From: Psammoneis japonica
Taxonomy: Eukaryota
Assembly (NCBI GenBank): GCA_008632985.1
Contig: QPGO01000029.1
Coordinates: forward strand, 260,874-324,873
DNA length: 64,000 bases
Direction: 5' to 3'
A program made the translations under genes and the position numbers. The notes under the pieces are model-generated. The model was not told the DNA's origin and did not search any database. It saw only the letters and a program-made list of their open reading frames with translations. Below are positions 1-11,199 of this stretch, piece by piece; position 1 is the first letter of the stretch, and each line of letters begins with the position of its first letter.

Positions 1-23
1 TGCTGCGTTTTGATGCTTGTGTT

Positions 24-258
24 GGTCGAGACACAGTCCTGCAGCTGAGCAGGATGGACAAGACCTCGGAGGTTGGCAGCAATGTGAATGGCGACAGAGG
101 CAAACAGACGCTTGTTGAAAGTCGTTGTCTAGAAAATTATGATGAATGTCGTTGCTTCTGTTTGAATCGATTTTGTGATGAGCTAATTGTTTCGAAGAGA
201 AAATCTGAGTCTGGGTTGCAGTCGTGAGATGCAACCAGAATGACGTTGAGTCGTGACT
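24..258 (-). repeat. 3' LTR of Copia-1
   Basis: Matches 6715-6949 without gaps, 11 mismatched bases, all transitions. Confidence 0.95.
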
Positions 259-267
259 CTCCCTCTC
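259..267 (-). other. Polypurine tract of Copia-1
   Basis: Minus strand GAGAGGGAG immediately precedes the 3' LTR. Confidence 0.75.
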
Positions 268-279
268 AACCGAGAGAGC

Positions 280-3200
280 TTGCCAGCCCACAAGAGCCTT
301 TCTAGCCGTGCGGAACGCATCGGTCCGTAGTCCCTTCGTGAACTGATCGGCTAGTTGCTCTAGAGTGCTGACAGGTTGGATGTCGATCTCCAATTGTTCG
401 ACTTTAGTCCTAAACCAGTGGCAAGGGATGCCGATGTGTTTGGTTCGCGGAGACAACTTGGGCATGTGTGCGAACTTGAGGCACGCGGAGTTATCTTCGT
501 ACACAACGGACGCAGGTGGGACATTCTGCTCTACAGGCGAGTCATCGGTGCCTTGGGTTGCGAGCTCAAAAGCCTTGGAGTGAGTCGTGACAGGGTTTTG
601 GCGGTCAGACTTTCCGAATGCGTGGTGGTTGAGCTCCTTGAGAACTTCACGAATGGGGATGAGATCGCGCACAGCTTGAGAAAGTGCGACACACTCCGCT
701 TCCACAGTCGACAATGCTGCAAGAGTCTGCAGCTTGGACACCCAGATGAGCGGGCAGCCGGCGCAGTAGACAAGGTGTCCAGTCCTGGACTTGACAGAAA
801 CTGGGTCTTGACCATCTTCCACACCAAATGACCCCGCGAAGTCAGAATCGACGCAACAATCAACTCGATGATCTTGCACAGGCTTGAGAATGAGACCTTC
901 AGCAGCAGTTGCTTTGAGGCATCGGAGCATCCACTTCACTGCAGCAGCGTGGGACGCTCGGGGCGCAAACGAGAATCGAGCCACTTGATGTGTGGCATGT
1001 GCAATGTCTGGCCGGCTGTTCGCTGCCAAGTGCATCAACATTCCAACAACTGAGCGACAATCGCAGGGTTCATCAAAAGGCAGGCCGTCCGTGTCGGCAC
1101 CAACAGCCGCAGGCAGAGCTGGAGCAGATGCTCCATTGCAATCCTGCATCTGTGCGGTGCGCAGGACCTTGTCAATTAGACCGGGTTGAGTGAGTGGAAA
1201 TCGACCCTCGGAGAGCTTTTCGATCTTGACACCGAGAAAGTCACCGACTTCTCCTTCGTCTCTAAGTTCAAACACGTGGCGATGTTCGTCATCGGAGACT
1301 CCTAACTTGCGAATTTCGGCTTCTAGAGCTTCAGCTGAAGCTCCAGCAAAAACGGTGTCGTCGACGTGCACCACACACATCATGCCCTCTTTGAAATACA
1401 AACAGGGATCTGTGGCTGAAGGCACCCATCCGCGCTCGGTTAAACCAGCTCGTAACTTCTCGTAGAAGCCCTTGGGAGACTGTTTTAGGCCGCACAGTCC
1501 TTTCAAAAGTTTGAGAACCACACTGAGTCCCGACCTTGGCGCAAATCCCTTCGGCGGTGTTGTGCAAACTTCCTCGGCGACATCAGCTTGGCAAAAGGCT
1601 GTGGCACAGTCCACCTGTCGTGTGGTCCATCCCTCCTTTAATGCCGCAGTGAGCATGAGTCGGACACTGGACCATTGCACAACCGGCGCGCAGGTTTCGA
1701 AGTGGTCGACTCCTTCTTTCTGCAAATCACCGCGGACGCAGTGTCGGGCCTCATGCTTGAGAGGGGTTCCATCTGGGAGTCTCTTGAGCTTCAGCGCCCA
1801 TGTGCCTGGAAGTGCATTCATGTGCGGCTGACGCTCGACTGCTTTCCAGGCTCGACAATGTGTGAGTGCGTTGACTTCAATTTTCATCGCCTCAATCCAT
1901 TCGTCAGCATCCGGACCTTTCAGAGCATTGTGTGACGAAGGCATGTCAGGGTCCTTGGTTTTCTTGCTAGCTGCGCAGGCTCGTGGATCGCCGACATTGA
2001 TGGCGCCACTGTCCAAATCCGTCTCGAGAGTCGCCAGACACGCCAGTTGAGCCTCGTGTCCGATCGGCAGCGGCATTTCCTCGACGGAGCTGAAGTGGAC
2101 CTCATCTGCAAACTTGGCAGAGTTGAGCTGTCCCTTGGTTGACCGTGAAGACCGTCGCAGCCCTGGCGCTCCCTCTGGATTCGTCACAGGAGGTGTCTCG
2201 ACTGGGGGAGGAGCTGTTGGTTCCGTCGGCGCTTCGGGTGGCGGAAGTCCGTTGCCATCTTGAGGTTCAGGTGGCTGAATTGGCGTAGAGTCCGCAGAGT
2301 CTGTAGGAGTTTGAGTCGCAGGTGGGACTGGTGGCGTTGGCTGCTGAGTCACAGGTGCGACTCGATTGGCAACGTCGTCGCGAGAAGTGGGTGAATCCGG
2401 CACAGTGATCGATGGAGCAGGCTCAAAATGCCCGCGAATGCGTGTTGCTCTGGCCAGTTCTCGTTCTTGCACGTACGCTGGACATCCCCATGTGTGAATG
2501 TCGCGCAACCGATGTCTTGGCACTGTCGAACCGGTGAAAATGTCCGCTGGGCAATGTCCTTTGGAATTTGGGGTGACATTGTAGATGTGCGTGGCATGAG
2601 AAACTGCCATGGGCCACAGGGAGCTGTCAATTCCCCCCTTCCAGTGGATTGATGCATGAAGCAACATCGCTCTCGCCATGTTGGAGATGCTGCGGATGCC
2701 CCGCTCTGCGACGCCGTTCTGATGATGGGCGTTGGTTCCACAAAAACGGAGACGTTGTTCATGTTCTCGCACGTGTTGTACAAAAGCGTTGGCCTTGAAA
2801 GCGCCACTGTCGGCAAGAAATTCTTGGACGATGACCCCGTGGTCCAAAGCATGTTTCTCAAACGCTTGCTTCGCGTGCATCGTCTCAACAGCGGAGAAAC
2901 CCAGTTGGTGCTCGACCTGGACATAGCCAGAGGCGTGGTCGACAAAGACACAACCACCCTTGAATTGCTTGGACGTGGCTTTGCCATAAGAGTCGAAGGT
3001 GCGGCCTAAAAGGCGCGACTCAAAATGATCAACGCTGACAGCCTGACCCGGTCGAAGATGGTCAGCTCGAAGGGCCCCGTCGCGTTCAGGGACTGTCGAC
3101 TTGTGAGTAGATCCAAGAGAGCGTCCATGACCTTTAGCACATTCGCATGCCTCGCATCTTGGGTGGTCACACTTTGCTGCGGACTGGAAACGGTTCGAAA

Positions 3201-6200
3201 GGAACGGAACTGCGCGGAGAAGTGCTTGGACTCGACCAAAGTTCAAATGGCCAAAACGGGCGTGCATTTCGAGAAGAAGCTTTTGGCCTGCCGTGAGGTT
3301 TTGATTCTCCTCGTTAAGGATCTGAAGGTTCACTTGAGGAGCGGCAGATGCGCCCTTGGTCATCGACGCAACAGGCAAGTGGCTTGATGGATGATGTGGC
3401 ACGACCAACTTGCCTGTCCCGTCAACATGTAAACGGAAAGTGGTTTCATCGCCCTCACACTTCCCACGTACCCCCTTCTCTTCGTTGAAGAGGCGTTGAG
3501 GCGACAGCAGGCGCTGACGGGCTCCAGGGACGTAGCATGCCATGGTGTTCAGTTGGATGGTAGCCCCACTCGGCGTTGTGAACACCCACGCAACTGGACC
3601 GGTGCCCTGGATGGCAAGACCGTTGGCAATCCCATTGATCTGTAAGGGTTTCTTGGGAACAGTCACAGGCCCCGTAAAATCATCTTTGTCGGGGGCAACA
3701 GCTAACGTGGCACCAGCATCCATGACGACCGTGAGAGCCTCGTCCGACAGACCGATGAGTGCCTGCGGATCGGATGCAAGGAGGTTGGCTTGTGATTGTC
3801 CGGTGAGTAGTTGGATGGTGGAGGCACCACAGACGACTGGTCGAACACTTGCTTCCTCCAATGGTTCCACAGGATCTTGAAAATGGGCAGTGTCCACGAT
3901 GTGATGCGGCAGACAGAGCTCATCAAACCGGAAGAAATCCGGGCTGAAGTCCTCAAGAGCGTCAAAGAAATGCTTCTGGTCGTCGAGAGGTTCCAGTTCC
4001 TCACAGGTGTCAAAGAAGGCTGATTCGTCTATCGCATCAGACCGTTCAGCTACTTCTGGGCTCTCCCAGCAGGCCTTGAGACGAGTGCTCAGTGCGTGTG
4101 ACGGATGGCGCGCGACAAACTCGGTGAGCACTTGCGTGCCTTTGATCCTGTGATGTTCGAACAGTGACCCCGTATCCAACACTGTCCGGTCATCTGGCTC
4201 TTCCACAATGTGGCAGACTTGAGAGCCAGCGGTCGAAAAACGACTTGGTGCATTCGAGAATGGATGCTCGGGCTGTTGACCGGCGCAAACTGCTGACCAC
4301 ACCATCACTGCAACGGATGGGACCATCCAGGAGGCTGGAAACCCGTGCAAAGTTGGGAGTTTGCACTGGCGGCGTAGAGCTCGAGGGATGCATGGGATCG
4401 GAGCAAAGCAAAGATGCAGTGCCGTTTCCCAAAACATGGCGGCGAGCCAGAATGTGAATGGCTTGACTCGACCCAAGAGTGAGCGACGCGAAGTGGGCTC
4501 GTCTTCGACGTCCTCGTGACAATCATCCGCATCCAGGACCTCTGGATCGTAGAAATCAAAGCCACGATGCGTAACACACGGAGGCAAGTCGTGGCATGCG
4601 TCTTCAAAGTGTACGTCGTGTTCAAGGATGAGATCTAACTTGGTGTCGTCTGACAGCATGTCCGTCAAATGTGCGGGAGCATCAAAGAACTCATCTGGAT
4701 GCTTGACAGAGCACAGCTTCGAGGCCGGAAACAACTCAATAGCCGGTGGTTCGTTTTCAAAGGTAGAGAAAGCGTCGGAGCACTCGCAGAAGTCATCGGC
4801 GTCTTCGGGAGTGACAGTCTCAACCACGATGGGAGACACGACTGGATCCACGACTGAGGTGAGCACAGGTGGGCTCGTTTCGATGCAAACCACCTCAGCA
4901 CTAACGACTGCATCGCTCTCCCTCTCGGCCAAAGAAGCCGGAGTAACAACAATTGCAGCAGCAACAGGGGCGGAACAGAAATCCGGGTCGGCAACGGGAT
5001 CCATAGCCGCGCACCACATTCCCGTGAAAACCAACTCGTTGGGGTCGGATTCGTCTCCCTCTGGTGCCTTGGTGGTCTGAGCGGGCGGACCCATGGGCAC
5101 GCCACTGTCCGGATCAGCAATGGAAGACAAATTCCCGGCTGGGGTCTCCTTGGGAGGTTGCCTGCGGTCGTCGGCATGTTCCGCGGTAGAGTGCTTCTGG
5201 CAGATTCCAGGTTTGTCGGCACCCTTTGCCGTGCACGTGGCACACCACTTCCATTCCTTGCCATTCTTATCCTTCTTCGTTTCTCCGTCAAATTTAGTGC
5301 GCCAGGCAGCGATGGGTCGCCTCTTCTTCTTGGAAGGGTCGTCTGCAGGCGGCGGATTGGGAGGAGGATCGTCGCGCGGCGGTTTGGCGTTGCACTTCGG
5401 ACACGTCTTCTTGGTGCACCCCTCGAGACCGCAACCACAACAGTGCTTCGTCTTCCCAGGGTTGTCCGTAGTCGAAAGATTGCTCTCGGGTAGCTTGGCG
5501 ACTAATGCAGGCCATTCCCCGTCCTTCACGAGTTCGTTGTGTTGCTCTTGAATCCACGCAATGATGCCGACCAGTCCGAGCGTTTTGCAATCGCTGTCGG
5601 ACACGATGTCAGCAGGATTCTTGAGGCGGTGCTTGCGTTCCATGGCCTTGACGTCGTCGAGCTTGTTGCAGACTTGGCGATTGAAGCATTCAGAGGATGC
5701 AGAGGAGATCTTGTGGAGCAACTTGGAGCTTGTGTTCGCCGGAAGCGCGCAGTCGGTCTGCACAATTTTCACGATGCGAAGAGCTTCGGTGGCAAAGTCC
5801 GTGCAATCCTCGCCGGGATGGTCAACCAAACCAAGGTCTTCTGGCTGCTTCTTGGCCGTCTCAATGTCCGCCAGAGCGCTGGTGTTGCAAGTGTCGAGAG
5901 CCATCATGAATGGAACAGATCCAGGGCAGTCTTGGCAGTCCGAAAGATGGTTGAACTTGGTCTCGATTTTCTCGCGAAAGGTGTCAGTGATTCTTGAGTG
6001 AACGAGAAGTTGAGAGAGCCCGACATCGTCGAGCTCAATCTCGTTGTACTTGGCATCATCGGCAGCTGCTTTCCCAACCGTGTACTCGTTCACGAGATCG
6101 GTCACAGTAAACTCGTGAAGATGGTCGAAGACACATTGAACCTTGTCGTTGCTGTCCTTGACATGGCAGAACGTCTGCTGACCGTGGGCTTCTGCTAGAT

Positions 6201-6552
6201 CTCGAATGGTCTTGACGAAATGGTCCTTGTCAAGCTCGTTGATGGGACCGTCCGAAATCTCAAGTCGACCGTTGAACTTGGAAGTCATTGCGGAAGCTTG
6301 TTGATCGCGGAGAGATCGTTCTGTCGAGTCGAGAGCCTTGGGATGACGGCGCTGAGAGGCAAGTCGGCAGGTTCTGTCGTTGGATTGTTTGCAGTTGTTG
6401 TTGAGTTTGGAACCACCAATGTAAACCCCGTGGGTTGGGTGAATTCCACCACGCAACGGCTTGGTTGGAGCCGGAGGAGCGGTCGCCGCGGCGTCAGCGG
6501 CCATTGCATCGGCAAACGCCTTCGCCAGAACATCTTGATCGATGGCAGCCAT
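280..6552 (-). pseudogene. Copia gag-pol polyprotein, about 2090 codons, frame apparently open but with conserved Tyr replaced; natural stop lost
   Basis: Read manually (absent from the ORF track because the frame runs off the window edge without a stop). ATG at 6552 (MAAIDQDVLAKAF); gag WKWCATC..H....H; protease MDAGATLAV; integrase VSVDHFE and HQNGVAER; RT LKGLCGLKQSP and CVVHVDD (1357-1368); RNase H CVDSDFAG, EAECVALS, LADQFTKGL; ends KALVGW then CAA (280-282) where TAA is expected. Frame spot-checked at several points, not at every codon. Confidence 0.9.
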
Positions 6553-6714
6553 GACAGAGAGTGCAGCATGGGAGGTTCTTGTTAGAGTGAAGACGAGAGA
6601 AGCGAGAGAGACTCAGCTATTTCCCGGGTTTGCTTCAAAATCAAAAACCGAAAGCGTCCGTGACGATGACTCGGTCAGGAGCTCTCGTCAACGCGTGAAT
6701 TGGTCTCTGTGACC

Positions 6715-6949
6715 AGTCGAGATGCAGTCCTGCAGCTGAGTAGGATGGACAAGACCTCGGAGGTTGGCAGCAATATGAATAGCGACAGAGGTAAACAGAC
6801 GCTTGTTGAAAGTCGTTGTCTAGAAAATTATGACGAATGTCGTTGCTTCTGTTTGAATCGATTTTGTGATGAGCTAATTATTTCGAAGAGAAAATCTGAG
6901 TCTGGGTTGTAGTCGTGAGATGCGACCAGAATGACGTTGAGTCGTGACT
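6715..6949 (-). repeat. 5' LTR of Copia-1
   Basis: Direct repeat of 24-258; retains TA at most sites where the other LTR has TG or CA; followed on the minus strand by a possible primer-binding site (T)GGTCACAGAGACCA. Confidence 0.95.
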
Positions 6950-7156
6950 ATGTTGTTATCGAGCGGCGGTGCGAAGCAAAAATTCCGCCCAAACCCTGTT
7001 TTTCGGGACTCATAACCCCTGCACATGGCTTATAGACACATCACGCAAGACGCAAGTTCCAAGTTGACGATGGTCGACGTAGCCCTACTTTAAAAAGTCA
7101 GAACACAGAACCCTCTTACATCATATTGCAGAGCTTAAGGTTCTTTTAGTGCTGCC

Positions 7157-8981
7157 ATGGAGTCCACTAATGGTGTCGACAACTCGAAGCAACAGAAATC
7201 AGTAGCACAAGAGACAACCGGTGACCCGTCGCACACGTGCCCGTACTTGGATACCATTGATCGTTCCGTGTTGGACTTTGACTTTGAACCGTCGTGCTCC
7301 GTGTCGTTGGAGTCGGGTCCGCACGTTTACGGGTGCTTGGTGTGTGGTAAATTTTTTCGAGGACGCGGTCAGCATACACCCGCTTATACGCACAGTGTGG
7401 ATGATGGGCACTTTGTCTACGTTCACTTGGCACGTGGGACCTTTCACTGCTTACCAGATGATTATGAGATTAAGGATCCGTCACTTGCAGATATTTCAGA
7501 CGCTCTACATCCTCATTTTAGTCAAGACGATATTGATAAGGTCGATACAAACACTGGACTGGCTCGAGATTTGTTTGGGCGTCGGTATTTGCCCGGCTTT
7601 GTGGGCTTGAACAATCTTCACAAGACAGACGGTATCAACGCTATAGTTCAAGCCTTGGCGCACGTTCGACCTCTTCGAGATTTTTTCTTGCGCATGACAC
7701 ACAATGATGTCTCTATTGAAACTACAAAGTCAAAGAAAAAAGCTCACAAAAAGATCAAGCTGCAGCAGCAAGGGCCGCATCGCTTGTCACCGTTGGTGTT
7801 GTGTTTTGGTGAGCTCATTCGCAAAATATGGAGTGATAAGCGTTTCAAGAGTCATGTGGACCCTCACATGCTTGTTCAGGCCATTACGGTTGCATCAAGT
7901 AAGAAATTTCGAGTCGGCCATCAACCCGAAGCTGGTGAATTCATGGCGTGGCTTCTCCATCAGTTGCATGTGGGGTTGGGAGGGACGAGGAAGCCTGGAT
8001 CTAGCATTATTCACAAACTCTTTCAGGGACGTGTTCAAGTCACTACACGACAACGGCGAATTGCGGATATGTCAAATCTAGAAGAAGATGATCGGGGTGG
8101 CAGTGACGAGGAAGAAAATAACGAGGAGCACAAGCAACAGCCAGAGGTTGTAGTTGATGAAAACACGACAGATACGCACTTTTTGCAACTAACGCTGGAC
8201 ATTCCCGAGAAGCCCTTGTTTCGAGATGACGAGGGAGGCCTAGTCATTCCTCAGGAACCACTCGTCTCTGTATTGAAAAAGTTTGATGGCATGACGTTCT
8301 CCGACGCAATAGATCGGAGTGGCGTGGCACAAAAGCGTCGGTACCGTTTATTGGAGTTGCCAAATTACCTCATTTTGCACTTGGCTCGGTTCAAGAACAA
8401 TCGCTACTCCAAGGAAAAGAATCCCACCATTGTGGCCTTTCCGGTCAAGAACTTTGATTTGAGTGAATACGTTGTTCATCCGGACGGGAAGCGGGAAGAT
8501 CCTCCGACTGAGGAACAAGTCAAAGCAATGAGTGTGAGTTGAAGGACTGTCTGAAGCTATTGCTTTTTTGCCATAAACTCCTAACCTGTGTATCTCCTAC
8601 TCATTTCACTCAACATAGACCAAGCAGCTCAAAGTACTTCTCGCCAAACACGGACGACAAGAACTGGGAGCCAACATTGTCGAAAAGTCTGAACTCGTGT
8701 CCGTCACGCTTGATTTTGTCACAAAAAGTTTGCCCGACATGCTTGCCGACAAGTATGACCTTGTAGCAAACATTACGCACCACAGTCCAGCAGAAGTTGG
8801 GAGGGAGGGACAACATGATCCGTTACAAGAGGGCTCGTACAAGTGTCATGTTCAGCATCGGGGGACTGGTCAATGGTATACAATGGAAGATCTTCATGTA
8901 GAAGACACTATGCCGCAGTTGATTGGACTGTCAGAAAGCTACGTCCTCATCTTTGAACGCAAGGGTATCTATGCTAAATGA
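7157..8981 (+). CDS. USP39: U4/U6.U5 tri-snRNP-associated protein 2 (USP39/Sad1), 2 exons: 7157-8533, 8619-8981, 579 aa
   Basis: CPYLDTIDRSVLDFDFE, ZnF-UBP (YGCLVCGKFFRGRG), YLPGFVGLNN with Asp in place of the catalytic Cys, EKNPTIVAF, YDLVANITH, SESYVLIFER; GTGAGT...CATAG intron 8534-8618 joins the two ORFs in frame. Confidence 0.95.
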
Positions 8982-9309
8982 TCAGAAAATCCTTTATTAA
9001 CTACGGTGAGTTACCGCTAGAAACTCTCCCCGCTTTACGATTCCAGCTTGGATGTCGCCGTCTGACCTTTGGATTTCAAACCAAATAAATAATTTTATAC
9101 TTAAAAGCAAAGATCTACGACTTTCTGAGTCTTTTTCGCGTCTATCAATGGATAGCCGCCATGTTCATGGAGGTAGTGCAGAGGCCTCGGCAGCTGACCC
9201 GAGTGTGGAATGCTGGCATCCGCAAGAAGGGGAGTCTCGAGCAGTTTGGTATTTTGAACCGTATTGTTCAAAAATACGCGTCGAGTGATGGGGATGGCCT
9301 TCAGCTTGG

Positions 9310-9556
9310 TAGGGCCCTCTACTCTCTAGAGTAGGCCCTCCCTAATCTAGCTCTCTACTCTAGTCTCTCTAGTAGAAGTAAGGTAGCTAGCTGCTACTCT
9401 AGAGAGTAGCTACTACTAGTTGGTTATCCGTACAGATAAGAGAGGCTGACAAAGAATTGTGTGCGAGTGCACTCTAGCCCTGCTCTACAGATAGAACTGT
9501 GGAGCGAGAACAAATCGTGCCGTAGTCTCTAGGGCCCTACAGTAGCTAGGGCCCTA
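9310..9556. repeat. CTA/TAG-rich low-complexity patch with short palindromes
   Basis: About 30 TA dinucleotides in about 250 bp, mostly CTAG/GTAG/CTAC; TAGGGCCCTA at 9530-9539 and 9547-9556. Confidence 0.7.
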
Positions 9557-9645
9557 CAGACAGATCGTCCCACTCGAGTCGAATAAGTCGTTGCTGCTGC
9601 TCGAAATTCACGGTAAACACAACACACAACCAACAAACACACACC

Positions 9646-10245
9646 ATGGCGACATGCCCGACTTCTGCCTCCAGTACGACTGCAAATACAACCACATCAG
9701 AAACAACAATCATGCCTCCAGTACAGTCTATGCCCACATCGCACGAGAACTCCGAGCTCGCGGATGGCAAAGGCACCAGCACTCATGCTGGCGAATCGCA
9801 GGAATCACCCCCTTCCAAGCAAACGCCGACGCAGTGTTTGTCGCCAACCCAATTGAAAACCGATGGGGCGTCGGAATCTTCAATCATCTCGAGTACCAAC
9901 CCCGTACTGGCTTCCACATTGTCCGATAATGAGGGAGAGGTGATGAAACGAAAGCACGAACACGACAGTTGCAATGTTCGGACTAACAAGAAGAGGGGCA
10001 CGCTTCCACTTGCCACTTCGATTCATATGAAGTTGCGTGCTGCCGGGGACGCTGGGGATAAATGGTGGCATGATCTTGAACGAAAACATGGTTTGAAGGA
10101 AGAAGAATCACTCGTGGTTTATGGAATCGTCACAAAGAACTTACACAAAGAAGAGTTTCCACCGGTCGGCGAAGGCTCGAAAAAGGAGTACTTCCTTTTG
10201 GCTAAGGAGGGTTGGCGCTTGATGAAGAATACAACGCTCTGCTGA
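9646..10245 (+). CDS. Hypothetical protein (Ser/Thr-rich N-terminus, charged C-terminal part); possibly transposon-associated or a pseudogene
   Basis: 199-aa ATG ORF after an AC-rich leader; normal TA/CG content; no recognisable family. Confidence 0.4.
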   Translation: MATCPTSASSTTANTTTSETTIMPPVQSMPTSHENSELADGKGTSTHAGESQESPPSKQTPTQCLSPTQLKTDGASESSIISSTNPVLASTLSDNEGEVMKRKHEHDSCNVRTNKKRGTLPLATSIHMKLRAAGDAGDKWWHDLERKHGLKEEESLVVYGIVTKNLHKEEFPPVGEGSKKEYFLLAKEGWRLMKNTTLC

Positions 10246-11199
10246 AACTGCATCCAAAAGAAAATGCGGAACAAATTTGTCGCGATGGTGTATGGACGAT
10301 GGTTCACGCCAGTCGCTGACAACGACTTAAGGCGTGGTAAAAGAGTTTGATCAGGCCGTATCATGTCTCCGTGTCCATGTGCCTGAGAATAAAATAATAA
10401 TTTTCTTGGCGCAAAGCGTTATTTTCATTCCAACAGTTTCAGTTGGCAATGAAGAAGCATCTGATGAACCACCCAATAATGACTCTGGAGTCCTTGTTCA
10501 AGAGACCCCAAACCTCTGCCCATGTGTTGGGCTTACATTAGAAGGGATAAATCCAAATGAGGCGGGGCGGGTTTCTCTGAGGCTTTCGCCCCGGATTGAA
10601 CCTCCGGTGTCTCGCCATACAAAGTTCCCAGTGCAGAGGCCAGCCTTCTAAGCTCCATTCGCATCTTGGTGCAGTGGTTCGTAAGGGGTGAACCACAGGG
10701 CCGTAGCCACCAAGAAGCATGCATTGTGTTCTGTGCAGATGATGAGCGGGAAAGCCCAGCTTCGCATGCAGTGAGAGACGAGGAATTGTTGTTCTACAGG
10801 TGTCCTTTTAAAGAGAAGAGATTTGAGCAAACCCTGATGCCATTGTGAAATCTGGGTGCTTGGTGAAAGGATTCCACTTCAATCTTCTTTTTTCTTGAAA
10901 GCTGAAACAAGCAGGGCAACCAGTGCACAGACAACAAATGTCACCATTTTTCTTTGTTGACAGTTTGCAGCATGTGCCATGGCTTCTTTGTTGCATGGCA
11001 TGGGTCATCTTCACATGTTGACTTTCATGGCAGCACAGCTGACCTCCATCAGACTCTCACAGTCAATGTCAGATCAGATGCTTGCTTGTCTTGCATCACC
11101 AATGACATGGATGAATTGCATTGCTCCCCTCTCTTGATCCACACGGATCAACAGACAGAGCCAAAATTGCAATCACATCAAGCCAACAACCAAAGCCAC

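Larger units (their letters stand above)
24..6949 (-). mobile_element. Full-length Ty1/Copia LTR retrotransposon (Copia-1, CoDi-like), TpA-mutated
   Basis: 235-bp direct repeats at 24-258 and 6715-6949; 5-bp target duplication GTGTT (19-23) / ATGTT (6950-6954); purine tract GAGAGGGAG on the minus strand next to the 3' LTR; internal minus-strand frame with gag, protease, integrase, RT, RNase H in Copia order. Confidence 0.95.

Noticed and set aside
365..6912. ORF-track entries inside Copia-1
   Set aside because: Antisense or off-frame shadows of the unlisted minus-strand gag-pol frame.
24..6949. Fungal-type RIP (CpA>TpA) explaining the LTR differences
   Set aside because: Repeats are TA-poor, not TA-rich, and conserved Tyr and stop codons were lost, giving the opposite direction.
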